Assembly (NCBI GenBank): GCA_963772095.1
Contig: CAVYVU010000019.1
Coordinates: 12,239-76,238 of the forward strand
Reading direction: 5' to 3'
Source of the DNA: an uncultured Thermoleophilia bacterium
Lineage (GTDB): Bacteria; Actinomycetota; Thermoleophilia; RBG-16-64-13
DNA length: 64,000 nucleotides
The notes beneath the pieces were generated by a model, which was not told the DNA's origin, made no database searches, and was given only the letters and a program-made list of their open reading frames with translations. Shown here one piece after another: positions 40,134-52,239 of the stretch. Each line of letters opens with the position of its first letter. The first letter of the stretch is position 1. The position numbers were made by a program, and so were the translations under genes.

Positions 40134-42871
40134 ATGGCCTCGAAGAGCATGGCCGCAGCCGACGGCACAGCAAAGAGTGTGGCGGAGTCGCCATCGACTG
40201 AAGCCGCGATCATCGGCACCGACGTTACCGGGCGCCAGCGCATGGAGGAATCGCTTCGCCTTACCCAGTTCTCCGTTGAGCACGCGGCTGATTCAATCTC
40301 CTGGCTGACTCGCGACGGGCGGTTCGTGGACGTCAATGAATCCTTCTGTCGCCATTTGGGCTATTCCCGGGCAGACCTTCTGAATATGGCAATCGGCGAA
40401 GTCAACCTCACTCGTACGCCGGAAAACTGGAGTCGCCACTGGGAAAGAGTGAGGCAATTGGGATCTCTCACCTTCGAAGTCGAGCACCGAAGGGCTGATG
40501 GGGGCCTGTGTCAGATGGAGGTGACGGCGAACCACGTCGTCTTCGGCGGCAATGAATACCACTGTTCTTTCGCTCGCGATATCAGCGAACGTAAGCGCGG
40601 AGAAAAGGAGTTGGCGAAAAGCGAGCGCCACTTCAGAAGCCTGATCGAGCACGCCGCCGATGCGATCTACTTGGTTAGCCTGGAGGAGGGCAGGATCCTT
40701 GCCTGCAACGAGCAGGCCTGCAGGGACACCGGATACAGCCGGGAAGAACTCCTTCGCATGTCTGCCTCGGACATCGAGGTCAGCAAGGCCAGGGATGAAG
40801 TCGAGGCGATGCACCTCTCTCTGAGGCCGGGGACCGCTCGCACCTTAGAGGGAGTCCACAAGCGCAAAGATGGGTCCACTTTCCCGGTCGAGATACGTTT
40901 CGCCTTAATGGAGGAAGGGGATCCGCAACTCATCCTCTCCATGATCCGCGACATAACGGAGCGCAAGCAGATGGAAGAGGCTTTGCGCCTGACTCAGTTC
41001 TCGGTGGACCACGCGGCGGATCAAGTGTACTGGACAAGCCCCGAGGGGCGCTTTCTCTACGTGAACGATTCCGTCTGTAGCCGTCTCGGCTATACCCGGG
41101 AGGAACTGCTGGGAATGTCGGTGGAGGACATCACCGTGCGGATGCTGCCCGAAGAATGGTCCGCCCGCTGGGAGTTGATCAAGGCACAAGGATCAGTGAC
41201 CTTCGAGAGAGAGCACCGGACGAAGAGTGGGGAGACCTTTCCGGTCGAGATCACCGCCACTCACTTCGAGTATGCGGGTCGAGATCACAATTGTGCCTTT
41301 GTGCGTGACATCACCGAGCGCAACCGGGCGGAAAAGTCGCTGAGAGAGAGCGAGGCCAAGACGCGCAGCATCCTGGACAACATCGGCATCGGCGTGGCCC
41401 TCATCAGTCCCGAGATGGAGATTCTCGAGCTGAACCGCCGGATGCGCGAGTGGTTTCCCGCCGTCGATCCGGGTCAACACCCGATCTGTTACCACGCGTT
41501 CAACGATCCGCCGCGCGAGGTGGTGTGCGACTACTGCCCGACCTGCAAGACACTGCAGGACGGCCTGGTCCACGAAGCCACGACACAAACGCCGCAGGCA
41601 GGTGGCGTACGCAATTACCGCGTCGTTTCTTCTCCTATCCTCAACGCGTCGGGCGAGGTTACGGCGGCGATCGAGATGGTCGAGGACATCACCGAGAAAC
41701 TTTCCCTGGAGTCCCAGCTCCGGCAGGCCCAGAAGATGGAATCGGTCGGCCGCCTGGCCGGCGGCGTGGCCCATGACTTCAACAACATGCTGGGGGTGAT
41801 CCTCGGCCACACGGAACTGGCCCTGGCCAGCAGATGGACCCGGCCCAGCCGCTCTATGCCGACCTTGCAGGAAATCCAGAAGGCGGCCGAGCGCTCCGCC
41901 GACCTGACCCGCCAACTGCTGGCCTTTGCCCGCAAGCAGACCATCGCTCCCAAGGTGCTGGACCTGAACGAGACCGTGGCAGGGCATGCTCAAGATGCTG
42001 CGAGCGGCTGATCGGCGAGGACATCGATCTCGTCTGGCTGCCGGGCACGAGTCTGTGGCCGGTCAAGATGGATCCCTCCCAGATCGACCAGATCCTGGCC
42101 AACCTGTGCGTCAACGCCCGGGACGCCATCGCCGGCGTCGGCAAGATCACCATCGAAACGGAGAACAGCACCTTCGATGAGGCCTACTGCGCCGACTCAT
42201 CGCGGGCTTCTGCCCGGGCGACGTATGTGATGCTGGCCGTGAGCGACAACGGCTGCGGCATGGATAAGGAGACCCTGGCGCAGATCTTCGAGCCGTTCTT
42301 CACCACCAAGGACATGGGCAAGGGCACCGGTCTCGGACTGGCCACGGTCTACGGCATCGTCAAGCAGAACAACGGCTTCATCAACGTCGTACAGCGAACC
42401 GGGCGCAGGGGACGACGTTCACGATCTACCTGCCCGGCATGTAGCCAAGGCCGAGCAGATGCAGCAAGGAAGGCAGGATGACGCCCGCGGCACGGGGCCA
42501 GGAAACCATCCTGCTGGTGGAAGACGAACCGGCCATCCTGAAAATGACCACGAGGATGCTCGAAAGTCAGGGCTACACCGTGCTGGCCGCAAGCACCCCG
42601 GGCGAGGCCATCCGCCTGGCCCGGGAGCACGCCGGCGAGATCTCATCTGCTCATGACCGACGTAGTCATGCCCGAGATGAACGGCCGGGACCTGGCCAAG
42701 AACCTGCTGTCTCTCTACCCAGGACTCAGGCGCCTGTTCATGTCCGGCTATACCGCCAACGTCATCGCCCATCACGGCGTACTGGACGAAGGCGTGAATT
42801 TCATCCAGAAGCCCTTCTCCGCACAAGACTTGGCCACCCAGGTTCGGCGGGCGCTGGATAGCGAAGAGTGA
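40134..42871 (+). CDS. Multi-PAS hybrid histidine kinase/response regulator (several frameshifts)
   Basis: Four PAS modules, [31 protein letters not shown], receiver ILLVEDE...TDVVMP...QKPF. Confidence 0.88.
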
Positions 42872-43048
42872 GAGGCGTCTTGGCGCGCGTGGACTGTGGG
42901 TTATTCAGAAGGGTCGTCATCCACTATGTGCGTTGTGCGACGCCCGCTGGTGTCACGCTCGTATGGACTACAGCGCGCGTATGTCTTACGCTTGCGCTTG
43001 GATGGTCGGTGAATGCGGAGCCCAGGGCTGCGATAGGGGAGGGATCCG

Positions 43049-43971
43049 ATGTTTTGCTCGAGCTGTGGCAATACGATCGATGAAGGATCGGCATTCTGCA
43101 AAGAATGCGGGGCGCCTGCCCCCCAGGTCCAGAGGACGGGGGAGCCGCCGGGCTGGAGTCCGGACTTGACGCGACCCAAGTCAGGTCAGCCGCATCCTCT
43201 GAGCCGCCCGGAGCCCGCTCAGTGCCGCCACCGCCGATTAGCTATGCGCCGCCTCCACCGCCTCTCTCGGGAAATACACCAGGGTGGCAGGCACCGCCGC
43301 CACGCCGGCGTGCCGGGCTGATCGTAGGCATCGTGGTGGCTGCAGTCATTGTTCTGGCCGGGGCCGGGGTGGGCGCATACTTCGGCCTGCGTGGCAGTGA
43401 TTCTGGCCAGACGGCCTCCTCATTAACGACTGTCTTCACCGAGTCCTCCAACACCACTTCGGCCGAGGTATCCACCACCGTCACCCTCCCGGAAAACAGC
43501 TCCAGCACCATCGTGAGCGCCACCACCTCCTCGGCTCCCTCGACCACCACGACGCTTCTTTCTACCACCACCACGACCCTGGCTCCTCCTCCCGACCCGC
43601 GCCTTCACACGCCCGCGTCCGGCACGGCCGAACGAAAGGCCATCCTGGATGCGCTCCGGGTGCCCGTTGAGAAGGAGCTGAACCAATCGGTGGTCTTCGT
43701 GATCGACACCATCAAGGTTAAGAGCGATTTTGCTTTTGTGCTGGGCCAGTCGGTTCAGCCGAGCGGCGCCCCCATCGACTACTCGAAGACTCCCTACCTT
43801 GAAGCGGTGCAAGCCGGTGCTTTCAGTGATGAAGCGATCGGGCTTCTGCACTGGAGCGGCGGTTCTTGGAAGGTGCTCATCTACAACGTCGGCGCTACCG
43901 ACGTCGCCTGGCTCGACTGGGCCCAACAATATGGCGCTCCCCAGGCGATCTTCCCCCCACTGGGGGACTAG
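43049..43971 (+). CDS. Zinc-ribbon / Pro-rich / TM / Thr-rich surface protein (frameshift at ~43130)
   Basis: MFCSSCG...FCKECG, then a TM helix and a C-terminal domain with ERKAILDALR; strong RBS. Confidence 0.75.
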
Positions 43972-44199
43972 GAAGAGATACATAGATTGAGGCCTCGGGT
44001 TCGATTCGTCATCCCTCGAAGGCCTGAAAACCTCTTCTTGTCCCTACCCATACCCCCACCCGGGCGATACATCGTGGTACCAAATGGACAAGATGGGCCG
44101 GGAACGGGCTCGTGGGGGCCACCGCTGGGTCACATTTCTGCCGCTGCCGGACATATGACGCATGGGTAACGGTTCTGTCGTCGTGGACTGGAGAGTCCA

Positions 44200-44385
44200 G
44201 TGGACTTGTGGGGTATCCCAATACTAGGGGTCGCGGTTGCGGCAGTCGTCTACGGAATCGTTACGCACAGGCGTTGGTTGTGGGCCATCTCCGGGGCCTA
44301 CATCGCGGTTTCGGTCTTAGCTTTCCTTTTGTTGGGCTTAGGCCACGGTGGAGCCGGCTTCGTCGTTCAGGGCGTTACCCACTAG
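44200..44385 (+). CDS. Small two-TM membrane protein
   Basis: 61 aa, two hydrophobic helices, GGAG RBS. Confidence 0.5.
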   Translation: MDLWGIPILGVAVAAVVYGIVTHRRWLWAISGAYIAVSVLAFLLLGLGHGGAGFVVQGVTH

Positions 44386-44539
44386 CTCCTCCAAGGGTCG
44401 CGGTCCGCACTCACCGCCATCTCCTGCCGTCGCTGCCGGACGACGAGATTCAGCGGGAATCCTCTGGCGGCACAATTTGGCGCCCAAGTCCCGAAGCCAT
44501 CGAGTAAAATGGCACCAGCCAATGCACCAGGGGGAGCCA

Positions 44540-47500
44540 GTGAATCCCAAGCCCGCTGCACGAAAGCGCTTCACCGGGCCGGCCGCTGCCGCGGAACCAC
44601 CGGACCCGGCCGTCTTTCCGCGTCGTCGGTATCGGTGCCTCAGCCGGCGGCCTGGAAGCATTCACCGAGCTCCTGCGCGGCGTCCCGTCGAACACGGGGA
44701 TGGCATTCGTATTTGTGCAGCACCTCGACCCCACTCACAGGAGCGCCCTTACCGAGCTGCTCGCCCGGGGGACGACTATGCCGGTGGTCGAGGCGGGTGA
44801 CGGCCAAATGATAGTTCCCAATTTCGTCTACGTGATACCGGCTGGTAAGGATATGACCATGGTGCGCGGCATGCTTAAGCTGGCTCCGCGGCCCTCCTCC
44901 GGTCCCCATCTTCCCATCAACTTGTTCCTTGATTCTCTCGCTCGCGATCGCAAGACCGAGGCCATCGCCGTCATCCTTTCCGGTACGGCCGCCGACGGAG
45001 CCGAGGGGGTGCAGGCGGTAAAGATTGCAGGTGGCATGACTCTCGTGCAGGAGCCGGCTACCGCCAAGTATCCCAGCATGCCCGACAGCGCCATCGCTAC
45101 CGGGGCGGTGGACTTCGTGCTGCCCATTGCGCTCCTAGCAAGACAACTGGTGGCAATCGCCCAGCACTCGGGACCGCAGCACATCGGGCGACCCGTCACT
45201 GGGGAGGAGGCTTCCCTCGTCGTCCTCCCGGATGATCCCGACGTAGCTGAGGTGCTGGCCCTCGTCCGTGCCGCAACGTCGGCCGATTTCACCCACTATA
45301 AGCAGAGCACCGTGTTGCGCCGGATCACCCGCCGCCTGATGCTGCGCGACGTGCCGGATCTCCGGCAGTACGCAGACCTCCTGCGCAAAGACCCCGCTGA
45401 GCTCGAAGCCCTCTACCAGGACCTCCTTATCAGGGTGACCAGTTTCTTCAGGCAACCCCAGGTCTTCGAGGCACTTACAGAGAGGTTCTTCCACCAGCTC
45501 AAGGGCACAAGAGCGGGCGAGCAGGTGAGGTTCTGGGTCCCGGGATGCGCGACCGGCGAAGAGGCGTACTCCCTAGCGATCGCGTGGGCTGAGTATGCTG
45601 GCGGGACCCGGCTTGACAGGACGTCGCTCCAGATCTTCGCCAGCGACATAAACCAGAAGGTGATCGACAAGGCAAGGTCGGGGGTGTATCCCGCGAGCAT
45701 CGTTTCAGACGTCTCTCCCGAGCGGCTCGCGCGGTTCTTCACCCCGGTCGAGAACGGGTATCAGATAGTCAAGGACATCCGGGACACCTGCGTGTTCGCC
45801 AAGCACGATCTGACTCGAGATCCTCCGTTTTCCAAGCTCGACCTCATAAGTGTCAGGAATGTCCTCATCTATCTGGGCCCGCTTCTTCAGCAGAGGGTCA
45901 TGCATCTTCTGCACTTCGCGCTTGTGCCCGGGGGGCTTCTTCTTCTCGGGGAGTCCGAATCAATAGGCCGCTATCCCGATCTCTTCTCTCTCGTTGACAA
46001 GAAAGCCCGGCTCTACACGCGCAGGAACGGCCTCGCCGCCCTGGCGCCCAATGTCCCCACGCCTATTACCCGAGGCGAAGCCACGCCAATACCCAGCGCC
46101 CCATCCAAAGAGTTCGACCCCTCCGAAGAGGCGGACCGGATCGTCCTTGAGAAATACGCTCCGGTAGGGGTGATCGTCGACGCGAACCTGAATGTGCGCC
46201 AGTTCCGCGGTCGCACTGGTGCCTATCTTGAGCTGGGGCCGGGACGGGTGACCTCCGACCTTCTTCGCCTCGCGCGCCAGGGGCTCTCGAGCGAAATTGC
46301 GCGAGCTCTTCGCGAAGCGACAAAGGCCCAGATGCCCCTTCGCCGTGAAAACATACGCATCCTTCGGAACGACCAAGCGGTTGTCGTCGGTTTCGATGTC
46401 GTTCCCCTCAAGTCCGCGAGCGAAGAAGCCTTGTTCCTTGTCCTCTTTCACGACATGCCTTCGGCCGGCGAAGAAGAGTCGGGCCTGGAACTCACTCGTC
46501 CCCCGGACACCCCCGACGACGCCACCCGTATGGCAGACCTCGAGCGAGACCTAAGCGACTTGAGGGAATATGCTCGCGCCGTCCTTGAGGACAAAGAATC
46601 GGCAAATGAAGAGCTTCGCTCGGCCAACGAGGAGCTTCAATCGGGCAACGAGGAGCTGCAAAGCCTCAACGAAGAGTTGGAAACGGCCTCCGAAGAGGTG
46701 CAGTCGGCCAACGAGGAACTGCGGACGCTAAATGAAGAGCTGCACTCCCTGAACGACCAGTTCGCCAGGGTCAATGATGAGCTGCGGGACGGGAACGCCA
46801 GGCTGCAAGAACTGAACGCCGCTCTCGAGAGCCGTGAGTTGGATCTCAAGAATGCCCGAGACTACGCTCGGACGGTCATCGACACCGTGAGAGAACCCCT
46901 CGTGGTGCTGGGCCCTGACCTTCGCGTGGTCTCGGCTAACCCTTCTTTCCACGCCACGTTTGATACAAGCGCTGCAGAAACCTTGGGGCAGCCGTTCTTC
47001 GAGCTCGAGGCTGGGCAGTGGGACGGCCCGGAGCTTCGAGAAGCCATACAGCGCGCTTCAGCCGAAGGTGCGGACTTTCAGGATCTCATTGTTGAGCGGG
47101 ACTTTGCCCGGCTCGGCCGGCGCACCATGCTTCTTTCCGGTCGCTCCATTCACACGGGAAAGCCGGGAGTCGCGAACCTCCTTTTGGCCGTCGAGAACAT
47201 CACCGAGCGCGCACGGGAGGAGGCCTCCCTTCGGCTCACCCAGCTTTCGGTGGACCGGTCGGCAGACCTGGTCCACTGGGTCGCCCCCGACGGCCGGGTG
47301 CTCTACGCCAGCGATTCTTCCTGTCAGCGCCTTGGATACTCCCACCAGGAGATACTCGCCGCGACCGTTTTTGACCTTGATTCCACCATGACGCCCGAAA
47401 TATGGCCGAAACACCGGCAAGAACTGAAAAGCCGGGGCTCCATGACCTTTGAGTCTGTCCACCGCACAAAGCAGGGCGAGTTCTTCCCGGTGGAAGTAAG

Positions 47501-48734
47501 CGTCAGCCACATGGAATCGGGCGGTGAGGAGTACATCGTCGCCTTTGCCCGCGACATCACCGAGCGCAAGCGGACAGAGGAGGCGCTCAGAGAGAGCGAG
47601 GAGCGTTATCGGTCGCTGTTTGAACACATGCTGGAGGGGTTCGCCTACTGCCAGATGCTCTACGGCGACGATGGTCGTCCCTTGGACTGGATCTATCTCG
47701 CTGTGAACCGCGCCTTCGGGGAGTTGACCGGATTAGAAGACGTGGTCGGAAAGAAAGTCACCGAGATCTTCCCAGGGATAAGAGAGGAGTCTCCCGAACT
47801 GTTCGACATCTACGCCCGAGTGGCGTGCGGGGGCAAGTCGGAGAGATTCGAGATTGACTTCACTCCGATATCCAAGTGGCTCGATGTCGGGGTGTCCAGC
47901 CCTCGCGAAGGCTACTTTGTCGCAGTCTTTCAAGATGTCACCGAGCGTAAGCGCGCCGAAGAGGAACAAAGGGGTATTGCTCAGCGCCTCCAAGAGGCGC
48001 TCCTTGACATCCCCCAGCAGGCAAGTGGGGTCGAGTTCGGCCATCTCTATCGCTCCGCTACCCAAGGGGCGTCGGTGGGCGGCGACTTCCACGACGTGTT
48101 TCGGGTGAAGGCCGGGCGCCTCGCGGTCCTCATTGGGGACGTCTCCGGCCACGGGGTGGAGGCGGCGAGGATCGCGACCCTCGTCAAAGACGTGGTGCAC
48201 GCCTTTGCTCACCAGTTCCGCCGCCCGAGCGTGATCCTCGGCAAGACGAACGAGCTTCTGATAGAGAAACAAACCCCAGGCTTCGTCACTCTCTTTTTGG
48301 GCATCCTCGACCCCGAGGACGGGACTCTCACTTACGCCTCGGCCGGGCACCCCAACGCCCTATTGCGCGAGGGGAGTGGCGAGGTCGAGCTTCTGGAGGC
48401 CGGTTCGCTCCCCTTGGGCATTTTCGACAAGCAGTCGTGGAAAGAGAGCCGGATCCAACTCGAGGACCAGGACCTACTTTTCCTCTATACGGACGGAGTC
48501 ATCGAAGCTCGCCGGGATGGCGAGTTCTTCGGTCAAGAGGGTCTGATGGAAGTTCTCAAGCGTTGGTCCGAACGGTCTCCTGAGCTTCTCCCGGAGGCTG
48601 TGCTTGCCGAGGTACTCGCCTTTTCCGGAGGAGTGCTCACTGACGATGTGGCTATGCTTGCCCTCCGCCTCACGGAAGACGTCGGTCGGAGGCGAGCCAA
48701 GAAGGAAGGGCGACAAGAGAAACCGCCGGGCTGA
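44540..48734 (+). CDS. CheB-CheR-PAS-PP2C(SpoIIE) fusion protein (frameshift at ~44620)
   Basis: GASAGG, QHLDP and SGTAADG (CheB); VTSFFR and GCATGEEAYS (CheR); NEEL coiled coil; PAS domains; GGDFHD, GDVSGHG, YTDG and DDVAML (PP2C). Confidence 0.92.
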
Positions 48735-48815
48735 GGACGTCTTGCCTAACCGGCATGCGACATTCTGACAAAGCGAGCACCGGCGACATCAGCGTTTCCC
48801 GGGTCCGGCCTACCG

Positions 48816-49013
48816 CTACCCCTGCATAGCCCTCGCGGTTCTTTCCTTCTCCTTGAAAACCTTGCAGTTGGGCCGCATCTCTACCAGCTCCGCCGCCCGG
48901 CTCGATACCTCGAACAGCGACCTGTATGTGCCGGTTGGCTTCTTGGCCCCGTCACGCCTGAGTTCCCAACGGCCATCGGACAGCTTGGTGATGCGGTAGA
49001 CACTTGCACACAT
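48816..49013 (-). CDS. Small DUF2188-like protein
   Basis: GRWELRRDGAKKPTG pattern; GGAGG RBS. Confidence 0.55.
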   Translation of the reverse strand: MCASVYRITKLSDGRWELRRDGAKKPTGTYRSLFEVSSRAAELVEMRPNCKVFKEKERTARAMQG

Positions 49014-49314
49014 GGTGTCCTCCGATCCTCAGCGCAGCGACTTTTGGTCACTAAGGACAGGATAGTTCTGGTTGATGTATTCGGGCAAGTCGCCTAGCGT
49101 CAAGATGGCCGTAGCTGATCGTTCCGCGTGACGGTGTCGGATCGCCTGGCCGGGCTCCAACTCGCGCCGGCCTTTGCTTCTTGTAATTATGCGCTCCGCG
49201 CGTTCGTATGGGTTGACATGGGAGGCAATGGAAGGCTTTGAGTCCTTGCGTTTAGGATGGGCAGTGCTCAGAGCCAGCGGAGAGGGGCACCAGGGCTTGG
49301 TTGAGCGTCGACGA

Positions 49315-49656
49315 TCAACCTCGGTCGATGGCCTCAAGAGCCTCCTCCATGGTGGAGAAAAGGCGAAAGTTCCTGATTGCCGGGAGGCCGGTGATATCCA
49401 GGAGCCGTCGTACCCGAGGAACCGGCCGTACGATAGCGAGCCAGCCTCGGTCATTCATGCCTTCAAGGACATCGATAACGAGGGTCAGTATCCCGCCGTC
49501 CACGAACGTCACCGCTTGGAAGTCCAGGGCAAGAGAGGACGCGCTTCGCAGGCACTCCTCGATGGTGTCGGCCAGCTCGCCCGCGTTCGTGCGGTCAAAG
49601 TCTCCTGAGAGCGCGAGAAGGCAGGTCCCATTGCGGATCTCAAACGTAATGGTCAC
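49315..49656 (-). CDS. STAS anti-sigma factor antagonist
   Basis: LSGDFD, LDFQAVTFVDGG, VRRLLDITGL; GAGGAG RBS. The usual phospho-acceptor Ser (D-S-x-G) reads D-G-G. Confidence 0.82.
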   Translation of the reverse strand: MTITFEIRNGTCLLALSGDFDRTNAGELADTIEECLRSASSLALDFQAVTFVDGGILTLVIDVLEGMNDRGWLAIVRPVPRVRRLLDITGLPAIRNFRLFSTMEEALEAIDRG

Positions 49657-49779
49657 TATTACTCCTCGTACGCGTCCTACTCCGCTGGAGCGTATCACTT
49701 TCCTTAGGACGAACTTGGACGGACTAGGCCACCCCGACGGCGAGGCTCTTGCCAGGGAGACCTTCCCCCTTTGTCACCA

Positions 49780-50000
49780 GCTGCCTCGGGTCCATTCGCG
49801 CTTTCGTGTGGACATGGCGCACCCCGGATCGCTTCACCGTCGATGTGTTCCAGGCGGGCGAGTCTCGGACGAAGAGCGGCCAGCAAAGGCACCATCGGGG
49901 GATGGGCCTGCCTCTCATGGTGGCCTCCGCTGATGAGGTGACCGTTGCGCCCCTGCCCGAAGGTGGGACACAGGTCTGGTTGTCGGTCTTTCTCAAGTAG
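49780..50000 (+). pseudogene. C-terminal remnant of an RsbW-like anti-sigma HATPase
   Basis: HRGMGLPLMVASADEVTV...GGTQV; no recognisable N-box or start. Confidence 0.5.
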
Positions 50001-50193
50001 AGCGAGCCCACGTCTGGCGGGGCGTGCTCTGGCGGCGACAGCGGTGTGGACGGTGCCGCGTTCTACCAAGGCCTTGTGCCAGGGTTCGCCTCGAATGCAT
50101 CGCCATTCCTGGCCGCCCTTGTGGCCGCTCCTCTAGGCGAAGCCCGGCCTGACTGGCTGCCCGGGAGAGGCAAAGGGGCGAGTCGGCCGATGC

Positions 50194-50640
50194 TCAGGTG
50201 ACCAATTTCTCCCCGAAGGCCCTGCCGTAGTCGTGGCACGCGCGCATGCCTTCTTGCGTGCCCACATTGGCTTCCAGAAGCTTGAAGGAGCCGAGGTCGA
50301 ATGGCCGCATCTTATACACGTACTCCATGGTGTCGAAAATCATAGCCGGTGCGTCACCGCTATGGGTATACGCGCCGAAGGCACCCGCCAGTTTTCCCTC
50401 AAGATCGGCCCCCCGTGCCAAGAAGAGCAGACTCTTCATGGGCCCCGCTATGTCCCTGTGGAACGTGGGCGAACCGAAGATGTAGCCGTCATAGCCGCAC
50501 ATGTCATCGACTGTCGCGATATCGGATGCCTTCTTGGTGATTGCTTCCTGCTCGGCGAAGCGCACGCCTTCAGCAATGTACTCGGCCATCTTTTGGGTTC
50601 TTCCGGTCAATGAAAAGTAGACGATAAGGACTTTGCCCAT
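50194..50640 (-). CDS. Flavodoxin-domain protein
   Basis: YFSLTGRTQKMA, FGSPTF, GAFGAYTHSG. Confidence 0.9.
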   Translation of the reverse strand: MGKVLIVYFSLTGRTQKMAEYIAEGVRFAEQEAITKKASDIATVDDMCGYDGYIFGSPTFHRDIAGPMKSLLFLARGADLEGKLAGAFGAYTHSGDAPAMIFDTMEYVYKMRPFDLGSFKLLEANVGTQEGMRACHDYGRAFGEKLVT

Positions 50641-50784
50641 TTCGTTCCTCCCAGAAGATTGCACGTGTTTGACCGATTGCCGGCCTGATGAGTAACCTCA
50701 GGCCTCCATCCGAGCTTGGCGACGAGAGAATTGGAGGTCATGGGGGCTTGTTGTCGTGCGACTCGTCCCCAGACCGTTCCGCGA

Positions 50785-51045
50785 TCAGACAGAGCCCAGA
50801 GCCCAGGGGTCCTGTTTCGCACTCCAATCGGCGTTCGCTCGAAAGAGCAGGTCTTCCTGTTCTCCTGCATCCAGCGAGGCGAGCCAGTCGAGGACCGCGG
50901 AACTCTCGCAGTCCGGCCCGTAGCGACTACACAAGTCGTCGTTTATGGCCTCTGGGACTCTCACTAGATCGGTGGCCGTCCAGGGACCGCTGGACAAGGA
51001 CCTGAGAGCTTCCTCGACGATCTTTTCGTAGCGACGCAGGGGCAT
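50785..51045 (-). CDS. Hypothetical protein
   Basis: GGGAGG RBS; plausible 86-aa helical ORF. Confidence 0.5.
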   Translation of the reverse strand: MPLRRYEKIVEEALRSLSSGPWTATDLVRVPEAINDDLCSRYGPDCESSAVLDWLASLDAGEQEDLLFRANADWSAKQDPWALGSV

Positions 51046-51476
51046 CGTCTCACCGTCCCTCCCGCCAAGACTGAGTACTTGTGTCGCTCTGTTTCCCGGT
51101 AAGTGCGCGGAAGAAACCAGGACTGGGCGTCCGACTCGGATCTTTGGCAAAAGGCCGCCGGATGTAGCTGCCCTGACGACGCTAGGGAATACCCCGCCTC
51201 GGCCCGCGTCATGTTGCGGACCGCCAGGCTGGTGGAGGCGTCGCTCCAGGCGTCAGCCGGCTAGTCAGCGGTCGGCGTAGCTCAGCCGTACTCGAGGTCG
51301 GGAGTCCGTAGAACGTGGAGTCGGCCCCGACGGCATCGAAATAGCCGGCTCCTCGACCAATCCATAAGTACAACTCTTTCCGGGCAAATACTGGCCGCAT
51401 GGACAAACCACCCCGCGGTAACTGCTGCTACGCTAAGCGGTCCACGGACTGAAAAGAGCAGCCGATAGGAGACAAG

Positions 51477-51663
51477 CTGAGTAGCGAGCACCTCCGTCGC
51501 ATCGTCGAGGAGAAGCAGATCAAGATCAAGTTCATCGCCCTCTGGTCTGCGGACGTCCCCGGCTTTCTTAAGAGCTTCGCCATCACCCCGGGCGGGCTTG
51601 AAGGGGCTTTTGAGGAAAGGCAAGGGCTTTGATGGTTGCCCCATCGATGGTCTGCGATTCTAA
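51477..51663 (+). pseudogene. glnA: 5' relic of type I glutamine synthetase
   Basis: Manual translation: EHLRRIVEEKQIKIKFIALWSADVPGFLKSFAITPGGLEGAFEE/GKGFDGCPIDGL, resembling the GS I N-terminus (KFIRLWFTD..G.LKSFAI...GFDGSSI.G). AGGAG RBS precedes CTG. Confidence 0.75.
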
Positions 51664-52239
51664 TCAGCCGACCGGCTCCGCCGCCGTCGCCGCTGTCGTC
51701 ACGGTCTTCGTGTGTGCCAATTGCGCCCGTCCGGGCCAGACGCCAGACTCCGCCGGCCGGTCGCGTCCGAACGTCCCGAGCTTCGACTGGCCCTTCCCGG
51801 TGCGGGAAGTGCTGGTGCCTTGCACGGGGCGGATCCAGCCGGAGCACGTTCTCAAGGCGTTCGAGTCCGGCGCCGACGTGGTCTGCGCGGTCGCTTGCGA
51901 GGAGGACAACTGCCACTACCTGGAAGGCAGCGAGCGCTGCGCTCGCCGGGTGGACTATCTCCGTACCATCCTCGATGAGATCGGGCTGGGAGGCGAGCGT
52001 CTGATGCTCTTCCACCTGCCCGGCACGCGCGGCCGAAGACACGGCGCTGGGCGCCGGGAGACGCCGCGCCGGTCTGCGCGGCCGACGCCGCGGACGCCCC
52101 GGCTCGCCGCCATCCGCGATGCAGTGTTGCAGGCCCTGGACGGCCTGGCCCCCAACCCCCTTGACACCGGCCCGTGGCCGAAGCGGCCGAGGAGCCCTAC
52201 CAAGAAGTGGATACCAGCGATGACGCCAATGAAGACTAA
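51632..52239 (+). CDS. mvhD: MvhD-type [2Fe-2S] hydrogenase iron-sulfur subunit (frameshifts)
   Basis: VFVCANC, VPCTGRI, AFESGAD, ACEEDNCHYLEG; reconstructed acidic tail ends at TAA 52239, overlapping the next ATG. Confidence 0.85.

Noticed and set aside
44510-44526. Sigma-54-like TGGCAC...TGC before the cheBR gene
   Set aside because: GG-to-GC spacing is 11 nt instead of the required 10.
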